Part shown: piece after piece, positions 13,920 to 26,683 of the stretch
Layout of the letters: each line of letters opens with the position of its first letter
How positions within the stretch are numbered: position 1 is the first letter of the stretch
Source: Haliotis cracherodii
Lineage: Eukaryota
Direction of reading: 5' to 3'
DNA length: 64,000 bases
Assembly: GCF_022045235.1 (NCBI RefSeq)
Contig: NW_027266319.1
Location: forward strand, 40,486,001 to 40,550,000
Notes under the pieces: generated by a model
Database searches by the model: none
Seen by the model: the letters and a program-made list of their open reading frames with translations, nothing else
What the model was told of the DNA's origin: nothing
Translations under genes and position numbers: made by a program

Positions 13920-14200
13920 AAATCTAAAAGTATTCTTCCTGCAATTCAAACTTCAAACTTCCCAGAGGCCTTGACGTGTTTTCGTATATCAATGATCTTA
14001 TGTCGTTCAATAATGATCAAATAGCAAATTCTCTTCCACTCATTTAACCCCCTGAGCTCAGAATTAAAGGAGATCAGTGATACCGCCTCATATGTCTTCT
14101 ATTTAAATGTATGCATACAATTTCAAACAAAATACTACCCACAAGGCTGTATGATCAAACGATGTCCGATGCAATTCCATATTTTGACTTGTACCATATG
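13920..14200 (+). mobile_element. Possible Penelope-like RT fragment
   Basis: Degenerate PELRIK...AS...YL and RLYD-like segments. Similar weak pieces at ~6200-6310, 22700-23180 and 31150-31400. Confidence 0.35.
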
Positions 14201-15604
14201 TTCCTGTATATTTTCAGGTGAACACGTGACTTGCATTTGCATGTGTTTGTGACAATTCTCAGAGTACGCTATCATGTAATATTCCCGCTATGTGACGCTG
14301 GTCTGTAAATAATGCGCATGATGTCAATCACTGGATTGTCTGGTCCAGACTTGATTATTTACAGACTGCCGTCATATAGCTGGAATATTGCTGAGTGTGG
14401 CGTTAAACGACAAACAAATCCATCAAGCGAGTGAGTGAATGAATGAGTTTAATAGTTTTGATGAGATGGGAATTCTGAAGGGATGCAGATTTTAGACGTT
14501 TGACACGAGCACAGGTATGGTTCTGTCACACCTGGAAAAATAATCAGGGCGAATGTAAGAGTCGAGCCAGCAATCATAGGATTCTGCCACGCCTAAGGGA
14601 CGCAACTCTGTGCAAGAAATTCCGGTGCCTTAGACGACTGGGCCACCTGTGTCCTTTCATATAATGACACCGCCTTTGAAGTATTCATGTCTGCATATGA
14701 AAGGACTCATTAACGAACCAAAGACTGCTTCTCGTTAGCAAATGACAGTACATGATCCCTTATTGTCAAGCCGCCATTGTTTTAAATACCCTTTTCCGGG
14801 GAGGCATCAATATTTACTATCAATCAACCCAAGGGATAGAGCACACGTGCCATTTTATGAATGGTTGCCACAAAACAAGACACTCTGTAAACACCGTGTA
14901 CATGGCTTTAAGTCGGCAGTCCAAGTCCTTCGTTCATGTTTTAAGATCAAAGCTCCAAAACATCACTTAATCGTATTTGAACATGTAATACACGACAGTG
15001 TCACAACGTAATGAATTGTATTCCGTTATTTGTTAAGTTCGAAAAGCTAAACACATTTGAGTAAATGCAACCTGTCCTTTGATTTGCGCCCAATTTTTTT
15101 CTCGCCACGTCTGTGACATTTCCGATAGGAAAACGCCGCACTCGGCAACATTCCACCTATATGATGGCGGTCTGTAAATAATCGAGTCTGGACAAGATAT
15201 TCCAGTGGTTGACACCATGAGCATCGATCTATGCAATTAAGCTACGATGACATGTATCAACCAAGTCAGTGAGACTGACCACACGATCCCGTTAGTCGCC
15301 TCTCACGACAAGCATAGTCGAATTGTACGGCAAGGATGTGTTGCCGAAGACCTATTCTACCCCGGATCTTCACGGGTCTTGTCGAAAGAGGCGAATAACG
15401 GGATAGGATGGTCAGGCTCGCTGACTTGGTTGATGAATTTCATCGTATCCCAATTGCATGGATCGATGCTCATGATGACTCGATTATTAACAGACGGCTG
15501 TCATATAGATGGAATATTGCTAAGTGCGGCGTTAAACAACAAACAAACAAAACGTCTCTGCTATGGTACCTAATTAGCATATGGTCATGACCTCATAACA
15601 GTGA

Positions 15605-15770
15605 TATATATGTATGTATGGTTGTACGCCGTTTCTAGCAGTATTCCAGCAATATCACAGCAGGGGACACCGGAAAAGGACCTTCAAGCATTGTACCCAT
15701 GTGGGAAATGAACCCGGGTCTTCGGCGAGACCAGCCAACGCTTCAACCATAAGGCTACCCCACCGCCCCT
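15605..15770 (-). mobile_element. Family 1 SINE
   Basis: Full tRNA-like head and family 1 body. Confidence 0.85.
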
Positions 15771-15976
15771 AACAGTTATACAATAAGCGAGATGTGCAGT
15801 AGATACTTGATGTATGCTCATGTATACTTGAGTATGTTGAGTTATCGAATTTCTTCATGATTATCTGTACCCAGGCAACTCAACATTGATTGGGTTTAGG
15901 TGTATTTTGTTTGCCTATTTTACGCAAATACGCAGCTTAATTGGATTTTTTGCTAGTTGTAAGACGTTTGTGTTTA

Positions 15977-16441
15977 CAATCTCATTAAAATCAGATCTTA
16001 GTTCTCGCTATCGCTAAAAGAAGATCTGATGACATTCCATTAGGGGTCACGTCAGAACGACCTTTCATCCAACCAATCAGAGCGTCGCTTACCAGATCAT
16101 GAAAGTGAAAGTCGGAATGTGTTTTCTAATCATGCAACCACGATATATTTAACACGGGGTATTCCGAACGACAGTTACATGTTTTATGATTATATCCATA
16201 CAATCAATGCCATCTATAAGCCATTTTTAATCGAGAATACGTCAAAATATGTTTCGAAGCGTAGTCGCCAGTTTGAAACTAGTGTCCTAAAGCTCGAGGT
16301 AGTTGCCTTCTGATTTCTTGTCAGTTATTTCATTGGTCGGTCAAAATTCGCGAAAGGTCGTTCTGACGTGACCCGTAATGGGATGTCCTCAGATCTTTGT
16401 TTAGCGATAGCGAGAACTAAGATCTGATTTTAATTTGATTG
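15977..16441. mobile_element. MITE / non-autonomous DNA transposon with ~90-bp TIRs
   Basis: caatctcattaaaatcagatcttagttctcgctatcgctaaa...cacgtcagaacgacctttc is inverted at 16352-16441. Direct repeat tttgtgttta on both sides (TSD of 8-10 bp, depending on where the end is placed). Confidence 0.9.
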
Positions 16442-19005
16442 TTTGTGTTTACGTACTAAGAATACGAAACCAGTTATTGCATCAAATGGTTTTGGCTTGA
16501 GTAGAGTGTGGTTTGAGAACGACAATGCGGCCCTCTTCACAGTTTCCACCAGAGGCACACAAAAAACCGTTCTTCTTAACAAACACACTGACACCACACA
16601 GGCACACAAACCACACCTACAGACACCAAAAAGTGAAAATACATATATAATTCACAGACATACATGCTCGGNNNNNNNNNNNNNNNNNNNNNNNNNNNNN
16701 NNNNNNNNNNNNNNNNNNNNNNNNNNNNNNNNNNNNNNNNNNNNNNNNNNNNNNNNNNNNNNNNNNNNNNNNNNNNNNNNNNNNNNNNNNNNNNNNNNNN
16801 NNNNNNNNNNNNNNNNNNNNNNNNNNNNNNNNNNNNNNNNNNNNNNNNNNNNNNNNNNNNNNNNNNNNNNNNNNNNNNNNNNNNNNNNNNNNNNNNNNNN
16901 NNNNNNNNNNNNNNNNNNNNNNNNNNNNNNNNNNNNNNNNNNNNNNNNNNNNNNNNNNNNNNNNNNNNNNNNNNNNNNNNNNNNNNNNNNAAAATGTGTA
17001 TGATTTTAAGCTCAAGTGTATCAATTAGCTGCTTCAGCGTTCGTGCACTTTAAGACCACATACAAACGTTAAGTCAATCACAAAGTCACTGAAACGTGGA
17101 AGTTATTTACATATCAAAGACGGCAAAATGAAAGGCATCGCTCTGTCACTCATGCAACCATTGCTGTTGTTTTTAGTCAAGCATTTACCATCCGGGAGAT
17201 AGATAACCGTTGTCTGACAACTTTAGAACTTCTGGTGAAACATGAACATGAATAGTGAGATAGAACAATTGAAGGTAAGAAACAGGATTACATGTACTAT
17301 CGATGCATATAACATAGCTCTAGAGTATACATCCTATTTGCCCCTATGCAATTTTTGTTTCTTTGTTTGTTGTTTAACTCCGCACTTAACTAAAACAGTA
17401 TTCCATTTATATGACGGCGGTTTGAAAATAATCGTGAGCATCGAACCATGCAATTGGAATACGATGACATGCATCACCCGAGTCAGCGAGTCTGACCATA
17501 AAATCCCGTTAGTCGCCTCTTAGGACTAGTTTAGTCGCCTTTTACGACAAGCACGTGTTGCTGAAGACCACTTCAAATCCGGATATTCAAACCTTACAAA
17601 ATATGGAGTGGAGTTTGCTCAGCCATAGTGATGGCACCCCACACCATAACCGATTCAGTAAATCTGTCATGACGTCTCAGGTTGACATTGACTTGACATT
17701 CATTTCGACGTCGCAGCACACGGTCACGCCTATCAGTAAGTGAGATAACATCGGCATTTTTTCAGCCATATAGCGACGAGACCCAGTTGATACATACACA
17801 GTTTGATCATTTATACAGAGTAACATTCAAAAACAATTTATGAAACCTATTTGAGGATACCATATTAAAAAAATTATGAAACATATTTGAGCATAACAAT
17901 ATCATGTGTACAGTTTTTCACGCCTGTCAAGTAAATTGGGACTCATCTGAAAACGAAATACGTGACCAGTGACGATCAACAGTTTCGACGTTGTGTACAC
18001 CATTGACGTTGGATGGCAATGTGACGATTTGTGAAGGGCGTCACAACACGTGGCCGTCGAGCATAGAGATGAGCTGCATGAAGACGATTTCAAATCGTCT
18101 GACCCGTAACTCGTACTCAAGTAGCCCGATGAAAGTTTGCGGCTATTGATTCGCCGTTTGAGCTCGATTTCGTAGGCCTGGTTTCGGATTAATCGACCCT
18201 TTACTGTTAGAGATGCCCTGGGGCGTTCTGAACGGAGTCGTTCGTGTTAGGTTTGTTGGTACCTGTTCCATAGTCTGCTGATCACAGAGAGTGTAAAACA
18301 TTGCGGAATGGCAGTAACAGTAGTATTGTAGTTCGTGGAAGTAAACATACAGTACAAGGATAGTAGATTGATCTAATTCAGCGTTATAAATATTTGAACT
18401 TGGCATTAAAACATGTTTACGATAACAAGATGTTTCTCGGATGACACATAAGTAGGATTGGAATGTTGAGGTTCATTGAAAATAGCTTAGGATCCTTAGT
18501 AACCAGGATCTGTGGTGCCGATTTCTTTGTAGGTTAAGCACCATAAAAAGTGCCTTGAGCGCAAAAACAAGAAACTTGGTCTCTATGAAATTAGATAGGG
18601 TAAGCTGCCCCGAGGAGTCATTACAATATCGATTATGACGCTATGTATTAACTTGGATGCACGGGAGAGGGCTGGGCGGTTCGTGATGGATATAGGACAC
18701 CAAGGCTGTTTTAGACACAAAAGACTGTATTTCTGTTGGTCAAGCACATGGTCAACACTCCTGGCTGGAGGCTGCCATTTTGGTACATATGGAAATAAGA
18801 AAAGGGTAAAGAAAACGAGATCGAGTATAACATAAGTGGAATTGAATAACGAAACGAAATAATAGACATTTGGGCACAAAAGGCTTTCTGACATAGTACT
18901 CATTACTTCATCTGTTATTTCTGTTCAAACAATTGTAGATAACATGTTGTTGGTTCAAATACATACATTTGCTGTTGTCTGACATTTCTATTCTTGTTTT
19001 TGCAG

Positions 19006-19520
19006 ATCAAATGAAGAAGACGACACAATGATAAAGACGACAATACGTTGATGAAAATGGCAACACTATGATGAAGATGACAACACCATGATGAAGATGG
19101 CAACACTATGATGAAGATGGCAACACTATGATGAATTTGGCAACACCATGATGAAGATGACAACACTATGATGAAGATGGCAATACCATGATGAATATGA
19201 CAACACTATGATGAATATTACAACACTATGATGAAGATGACAACACCATGATGAAGATGGCAACACTATGATGAATATTACAACACCATGATGAAGATGA
19301 CAACACCATGATGAAGATGGCAACACTATGATGAATTTGGCAACACCATGATGAAGACGACAACACCATGATGAAGATGGCAATACTATGATGAATATGA
19401 CAACACTATGATGAATATTACAACACTATGATGAAGATGGCAATACTATGATGAATATGACAACACTATGATGAATATTACAAAACTATGATGAAGATGA
19501 CAACAGCGTGATGAAGTTGA
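19006..19520 (+). repeat. 20-bp minisatellite (caacactatgatgaagatgg), ~25 units, in the apparent 5' leader of A1
   Basis: Exact 20-nt period across 19021-19500. Starts right after the splice acceptor and runs into the A1 start codon. Confidence 0.95.
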
Positions 19521-20566
19521 CACCATGCAGCAGACATAGAAGAAAGAAGGTACTTCTGGCAACAGTACTTCTGACCTGCTTCTATGCTTTTCTTCTGTGG
19601 ATCCCCCGGGACAGGAATGAAGCCAGTAACAACAGTAGCCTTGGCACAGTAAAAAAAGAGTCACATGGAAAGAATAAATTCATGGGCCTTTATTTCAAGA
19701 AACTGCTGAATCTGATCATGACTTGGTTCATTATCAAGAACGATAATCAATTGGACAAACTGTTGAACAAACATAGCTTCGTGTTTGGTTTGAATTCGAG
19801 ACAGTGTCTCAATGTTTCTATCGGTGTTTTGATTGTTGTACATTCTGATCCCAGCAATGTTGAGAAACGAAGTGTTATACGCAACACATGGGGATCAGTG
19901 ACCACGTTTAGAAATACGCCAGTTGTGTGTGTGTTCATGATGGGAGAACGAAACAACATTCAACAAGAAATTGTCCAAGAGTCCATATTGTTTGGGGACA
20001 TTGTTCAAGGGAATTTTAAAGACAGTTACAAGAACTTAACGTATAAACATGTAATGGCTCTTCATTGGGTAACTACTCAATGTCATGACGTGAGAACTAT
20101 TGTCAAAGTTGACGATGATGTGTTTGTCAATATTTTCAAATTGGTAAACTTTTCGCTAACTACTGGACACTTGCACAACAGTTTGTACTGCACAGTTTTA
20201 CAAACTGGTCGGCCATTTCGAAAAGAAGGGAAATGGATTACCAGTAGGGAGGAATATCCTTTCGAATTTTTCCCCACTTACTGTGAAGGTATGGCTTATA
20301 TTTTATCAGTGGATGAAGCAAAAAGGTTGACGAAAGCGTCTGAAAATATGCGATTCTATTGGATAGATGATGTTTACGTCACAGGTATTCTTGCACACAA
20401 GGCTGGAATTGGTCACACACAGTTGCTTGAAACACACAAATCTGCCAAAGCAGGTTTTTCAGACAATGACTATGAAAGTTCAGTAAATGATGTCCTCTTT
20501 TTCCATGATTTCAAAACGTCAGCCTCTTTATGGGAAAAGGTCAAGTTTGAGTGCTGTTCAACCTAG
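19511..20566 (+). CDS. GT31 beta-1,3-galactosyltransferase-like protein, copy A1 (~351 aa, type II membrane protein)
   Basis: ATG at 19511 (the ORF track starts at GTG 19508). Basic tail RHRRKK, TM VLLATVLLTCFYAFLLWI, and GT31 motifs VVHS..N..KR..IR.TWG, GDIVQGNFKDSYKNLTYK, KVDDDV (DxD), YP..FFPTYC.G..Y and IDDVYVTG. Branch point CTGAC 18979, pyrimidine tract and AG at 19004-19005 upstream; AATAAA at 20708. Confidence 0.92.
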   Translation: MKLTPCSRHRRKKVLLATVLLTCFYAFLLWIPRDRNEASNNSSLGTVKKESHGKNKFMGLYFKKLLNLIMTWFIIKNDNQLDKLLNKHSFVFGLNSRQCLNVSIGVLIVVHSDPSNVEKRSVIRNTWGSVTTFRNTPVVCVFMMGERNNIQQEIVQESILFGDIVQGNFKDSYKNLTYKHVMALHWVTTQCHDVRTIVKVDDDVFVNIFKLVNFSLTTGHLHNSLYCTVLQTGRPFRKEGKWITSREEYPFEFFPTYCEGMAYILSVDEAKRLTKASENMRFYWIDDVYVTGILAHKAGIGHTQLLETHKSAKAGFSDNDYESSVNDVLFFHDFKTSASLWEKVKFECCST

Positions 20567-20981
20567 ATGTGCTGTGGCTCACTCGTTGGAAAATATTTTA
20601 TGATAAAAAGAGTATTGCGTTTCTTCTCACTGGGAAGGAAATCGACAACCGTGGTTTTCTCAAAAACTCGTAATACCTTAGATTCTTCAAAATTTCATAA
20701 GACAGACAATAAATCCTTAGCATCATCAGGAATCTTGGGGAAACGGTGGACCGATAGTATGTATGCTAATTGTTTTGTGTCATTAAAACCGATCTATAAT
20801 GCAATAGAAAAACAGATATGAATACAGGGTATGATGTCGAAAGAATGTTGCTTCATATAATCATTTTCAAATCGAATCACCACACGAAGGGACAGTATTT
20901 TCCAGATTTATACATACTCGGTAATGGAAGTGTAATCCGAGGTCCAAGTGACCAACGTTGGAAGTGTACCATATGCATATA

Positions 20982-22334
20982 TACTGAACCGCAAAAGAAA
21001 CGTCACCATGGATAGATATATGAGAAACCTTATTTGTCCAAACACTGTAAACATACTTTGAGACATATTAAAAAGATGAAACTTGGCAAAACTGATCATC
21101 TAGGTTGCAATTTAAGTGTCAAATGTTCTTAAAGTGAAACACGACACTAATCACAAGTCAGTATCTCGTGTGTCTGCCATGTGCATCGATACATGGAATG
21201 GATGAGGCGGTTGATGAAGGCCATAGACACTTGAGCCCACACTCTGAAGAACGCCTGACGCAGTTCATCTGCAGTTGTCGGCCTTGATCGGACGTTATTC
21301 TGCCGTCTTTGAATCTCGTCCCACAGGTGCTAAATGGGATATAAATCGGGACTGAGGGCAGGCCACTACATGGTTCTGATGCAATTCTGCTGGAGGAAGA
21401 CTTTTGTTGTGTGTGGGCACGGGCGTTATCATGCTGAAACTCGTGGTTGCGGCGACGTGCCAAAAGTAGGTATGGCGTGTGGTCTACTGACTTGATCAAT
21501 GTATCGAATTGCTGTGACACCATTGCCTCTCCCTGGACCGATGTTCTGGAAGACCTCAGGGCCGACCCTCTGTGCAAGACCAATTCAACCCCACACCATG
21601 ATGCTTAGACCACCCCACGAATCTCTCTCAATAACACAAGCATCCGGATGACGTTCGCCACGGCGTCGCCAGACTCTCTCACTTTGCCATCTGCTGTTGA
21701 GATACAGTGCCGGCTCTCGTCTGAGAAGAAAACTCTTCTGCACTGCTAGTGGCGCCAATGCTGGTACTGTGTTGCCAACTGAAGACGGTCCCGGCGATGA
21801 CGTGGTGTCAGAATGGGTCCTCGGTGTGCCCTATGACAGTGGAGGTATATTCTCGACAATCGTCGATGCACGGTGTACGCACTAATATGTCGCTGGTGTG
21901 TCCCCATGGTCTGTCGAGCTGTTTCCGTTGGTCATCTGTACTGTTGGTGGTCTAGTACCGTGCTGGAGCCTGACTTACCTAACTTACAATGTATTGGCTA
22001 CTTGCCGGGCGGTTTGTCCAGCTTGCAATCGTCCAAGGGCTTGGTGTCGCTGATTTCTTGTCAATCTTGGCATGTGGTAGCAGCAATTCAATAGCGAATG
22101 AATGTTATCAGATCTGGGTGGATTTTTATAGGAACTCATGATCACGTGCATCGGGTTACCATGGCCGTTGCCGTGATGCATTTGGGCGATCGGTTTTTTT
22201 GTCATCTGCTGTGGGTTTTTTTCCGGACAAGGTGATGTTAAATTTGAGAAACTTTGACAAAAATTACCCAGATATATAAATGACAACTTTTCATGCAATG
22301 TTACTTGGGGTGACGTTTTTCTTGCGGTTCAGTA
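20982..22334 (-). mobile_element. Tc1/mariner DNA transposon, family X, decayed
   Basis: TIRs TACTGAACCGCAAAAGAAACGTCACC / GGTGACGTTTTTCTTGCGGTTCAGTA flanked by TA. Minus-strand transposase pieces MPRLTRNQRHQALGRLQAG and FQHDNARAH. Confidence 0.92.
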
Positions 22335-24710
22335 TATTACGCAGGTCATGAAATAAAAGTGAGTATGAACATACATGACAGAGGTTGGCAGATGTGGTCA
22401 TCGTTTTCATGTATTTTCTGATGAGCGCAGTAATCATAAATGCTGATCATATATTACCTTGAAATCCAGATGACAAGGTATTTATTTATCCCATGTTTCA
22501 TTTGTTTCTAAAAGTTCGGTCATAGGTAAATGGAAGATTACCATAATATATTGGTAATATAACTGCATCATAGTGCCAGCACAGGATCCGTAGTGTGCAG
22601 AAACCACGTCAGTGACGTGATTATTGTAATAAGTAACACATTGTAGGAGTTGTACTTGGCAGTTCTGCACTGACCGTTACCACAGATCATTAAAGTTTCC
22701 AGTATAAGCTGAGTATTTATTTGTTAACCCAGTGTGTCCATAACTTAAACGCATTTTGATGCCTAAAGTTGTCTTGAATTGTCCAGAATGAAAACGTTTT
22801 AGATTATCAAAGCAATTTGATACAATATTCAGATAATCAAGTATTTAATGTATACATGTGTTTGGATTTGACGATATTAACAAATAAGAAAATACGATTG
22901 ATCACATGAAGAAGTAAATGGTATCACACAACGATCGACATTTCTTTTAATCCTTTGTTGTCACACCTACCTACGTTATCCCACTCATGTATGTCCTTGT
23001 TGTTACTGTTAATCCTCCACTTGCTATATATATTCTGCACTATGTCCCTCATTCAGTCTTGCTGGACAACGGTATAAGGATCTATACCGAAACGTCGCTT
23101 TTTTACAGTATTAAAGAAGTTGTTATCCATAAAAAGTGTGTCTATCTTGTCATCCGCCAACTTCTAAGTAATGCCTATCAAACAAGTTATTTCTTTTTCT
23201 GACTTAGGCTTGATTCTATTTCCCCACCTGGTTCTGCAGGAGATTGATATAACGATTGTTAGAACAGAAGGTATCGTATTGACTGCAAGGCCACTATCGG
23301 CAAATGATCATGCCTTTGAAAAACAACGCCACTCATTCCAAAGGTTTGTTGTGTCAGGCATATTAACAGCAGAGAGCACTTCGGCAATGACCGTGTCTAG
23401 GTTTAGGTTCCATATGATTTCTTTGGTACAGTGTTTCCACTAAAATGCGACCGTCTCTGTGGTCAAGTGGTGAAGCAGAGAGCGGTGGTTCCGGGGATCC
23501 GCATCATGCAAAAGACGTTAAAAGCTAATACTTGTTGATATCCTGCCTGGAGTTCGGCAGTTAGGGGATAAAACAAGGACTGGTCGGCTCGGAGTCAGTA
23601 AAATTGTGTCTCTCTGGGGTATTCATGTTAAACAGCGGCATGGTATCTCAGTGGGCCAGTACAAGCAGAAACTCGGCATTAGGCCAGGATTTCGAATCCT
23701 GCCAACCTACAAGGTGCAGATTTGCGTCCCTTGGGCACGCCAGAAACCTATGATTGTGGGTTCGAATCCCGGTTCGCCCCGATTGTGTTTCTAGGTTTGT
23801 CAGCACCATACCCGTGCTCCTGGGTTTGACCGAAGTGGTAAACGTCTGAGATCTGCATCAGTTCGGGCTTTCCTCCCACATTAAGCTGACACGCCGCGAT
23901 ATAACTTGCATACTTTTAAAAGTGGCGTTAAACCCAACTCACTCACTCACTACAATTACAACACACACACAAGTGCATCAAACGTTGCTATGTAAGTGAA
24001 ATAATCTTGAACGCGACGTTAAACCTCATTTCACCTCACCTCCAACTACAAAGTCTAATCCTTGACACCAATTAGTGGAGCAGAGTACCCCTTTAACGAA
24101 CATTTTACAGCTGAAACAAAGATCACATTGTGCTAAAATGTATGAAATATCTTTTTTATCCGATAATGCAAAATAAACAAATAAGATGACTGTTTTTATA
24201 TCAGAAACCGGGTTGACTCTATATACTAGTGTCACCGTGAGTCCCTATATATAACATGGGGAAAGACAGTTCTCATTGACCCAGTCTCAATGTGCTCCCC
24301 TGATGAATAGATAATTATATCGTCAACTTGAACGTAGATGTGAAGTGGGCAAACAATAGAATTTTTAAACATTAACCGGAAAAGGACTGTTTTGTTATGA
24401 CAACGATCGTCTCAAGGTTCTTTGGTGTCTGTTACGTTTCAATCGTATACCCATGTCATAATATTGATTTGTAAAAGTGAATGTATAATACCTGCACATC
24501 ATTCTACTGCTTCACTGTCCAGATCGTATTACACTGCAAAATAAATCAATCAACTCCAGTTGTAATGATAATTTACATAAATGACACGATTGTTCAGTTT
24601 TACCATGCTTCTTTCTCTGAATATTGTAGTTAACAGTTGATATAGCGATTTATTCCACCAACTTCAGGACACTGTCGCTATGCTACGTTGGCAGGGCTCG
24701 GAACTACATA

Positions 24711-26140
24711 CACTCTTCAAAAAAGGAAAAGCACAGGTAGTATGCAGTTCATTGAGCCTGACTACACAAAAAATCCGGTATATAAATTGCATATTGTTAT
24801 TGGAAAATGTTGATGGCCTGATATTCGACAAACGGTGCGTCAAAACGCAGCCATTGTCGATTTGCAATGTCTTAAACGGCATTGCTTTCAAACTTGTTCA
24901 CAAATGTTATGGAGGAAAACAGTAAAGCAAAATGCAAGTGCTAGTGATGGCATTCGTCACTCGTGGTAGAAGTTATAAAAAGGCAAGCGGAACCAATAGT
25001 CAACATTTTTCAAGTTCGAAAATGCCAAGACTCAACGCTGCCGATCGGAACATCGCCACAGGACGTTTCCAATGAGAGGAATCGCAGTTTTCTGTTGCAC
25101 GCCACTTCAACGTCCACCACCGCACCATTTGCCGCCTTTGGGACCGATACACACAGTTCAATTCGACTGCAGACCGTCGGAGAACCGGCCGACCAAGAGT
25201 TACCACGCCTGCACAGGATCGCTACATTCAACTGTTCCACCTACGTCATCGCAATGTCACAGCTACGGAGACTGCAGGACGCACCCCTGGTTTGAGGAGG
25301 ATATCGGACCAGACTGTCAGCAACCATCTTCGCGGGCTGGAATCCTACCCAGAAGACCAGTTGTCGTTCCTGTTTTGCAACATATCTATCGACAGCGACG
25401 CTTGCGTTGGTGCCATACCTTACAGCCTTGGAAGACGAGTGTGGTTTAGCGATGAATCACGATTTCTTCTTCACCGCCGAGATGGAAGACAACGTGTTTA
25501 TCGTCGTCACCTCACATTGGGTACGTGAATTCGGCAAATTCGGTGGCGGTAGTGTCATGGTGTGGGGGCCATATCCAACAACAGGAGATCTGACTTGGTT
25601 GTGGTTCAGGGAAATTTGAAAGCAAATCGCAACATGAATCAAATTCTTCAACCTCACCTTCTTCCAATCATTGACTGCTAGAGGGAGCTGTTTCGACAGG
25701 ACAACGCTTCACCGCACACAGCTCGTGGCACGGTACAATACATTCAAAATGCCAACATCAACGACTTGCCCTGGCCGTCGAAATCTCCAGATCTCAACCC
25801 AATCGAACACCTCTGGGATGAAGTCGATCGACGTGTACGTCAACGTGAGAACACGCCGCAGACACTCCCACAACTGGCCAACGCATTAGGAGCAGATAGC
25901 GCAGCATTCCGCAGGACAGAAGTCGTACACTTATCCAGTCAGAGCCGATGAGATGCTGAGCCATGATTGCTGCCTAGGGCGGTCACACGAGGTGCTGAGT
26001 TCAGCGCAACCTTGTGGCCTTATGTGACATGAAAATGAACAGTTGTCAGTGCCTTTGTACAATGACGACATGTGACTATCAAAATTTCGTATTTGTATCT
26101 ATGATATTAAATTAAATATATCGACTTTATTATGTACAAT
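24711..26140 (+). mobile_element. Tc1/mariner family Y, decayed, right TIR missing
   Basis: TA|CACTCTTCAAAAAAG end. Transposase from 25022: MPRLNAADRNIA, VWFSDESRF, FGGGSVMVWG, WPSKSPDLNPIEHLW, in shifting frames. Confidence 0.9.
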
Positions 26141-26683
26141 ACGTTTACATCATAAATAATAGTTTGCATTTTTCAATTTCAAGTTGCACTTGTGCATGTC
26201 TTCTGTGGTTACATCGAGCCCTGGTTGGTGTAGGCTTAGACAATTTTGGAGAACTGTGACATCGGATATAAAGTTGACTTTGTTGGTCTCAAATCCTGAA
26301 ACAGTATGTGTGCAACGTGGGTTATCTAGCAGTAATTAAAACAAACCGACATACCGGCAGGTGCACTATACAATTATATTTCATAGCAAAATTACCTCTA
26401 AGTTCTATTTGTAATAATTTGAGATAGTGTAACACTTTGAGCATCAAGAATTGAAAGTGCGTTGGCAACACCAACCAAAGAAATGTGTCGGTACCGCAAC
26501 ATGTCAACATGTACACAATAATTCTCAATATATTTCTTGGATATACTAGTTTTTGCCAAATTTGCCCCAGTGTTTTCATGAGGTTATACATGTTGCGTGT
26601 GCACTAATTAGGCATATATGAATCGGTGGAATAAAACTTTATCGTGAGCATGTTGTTTTCATGTAGACTGACTCATATAATAG

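Noticed and set aside
16443-17053. ORFs spanning N runs (also 2277-2661)
   Set aside because: They are artefacts of assembly gaps.
18915-19664. Minus-strand SSSWCCHLHH ORFs and an Asp-rich plus-strand reading
   Set aside because: These are translations of the 20-bp array. All plus frames hit stops every three units, so the array is not an N-terminal extension of A1.
23055-23100. Hammerhead-like segment ctggacaacggtataaggatctataccgaaacgtcg
   Set aside because: It has a stem and GAAAC but lacks the CUGANGA core. At most it is a decayed Penelope-type terminal motif.
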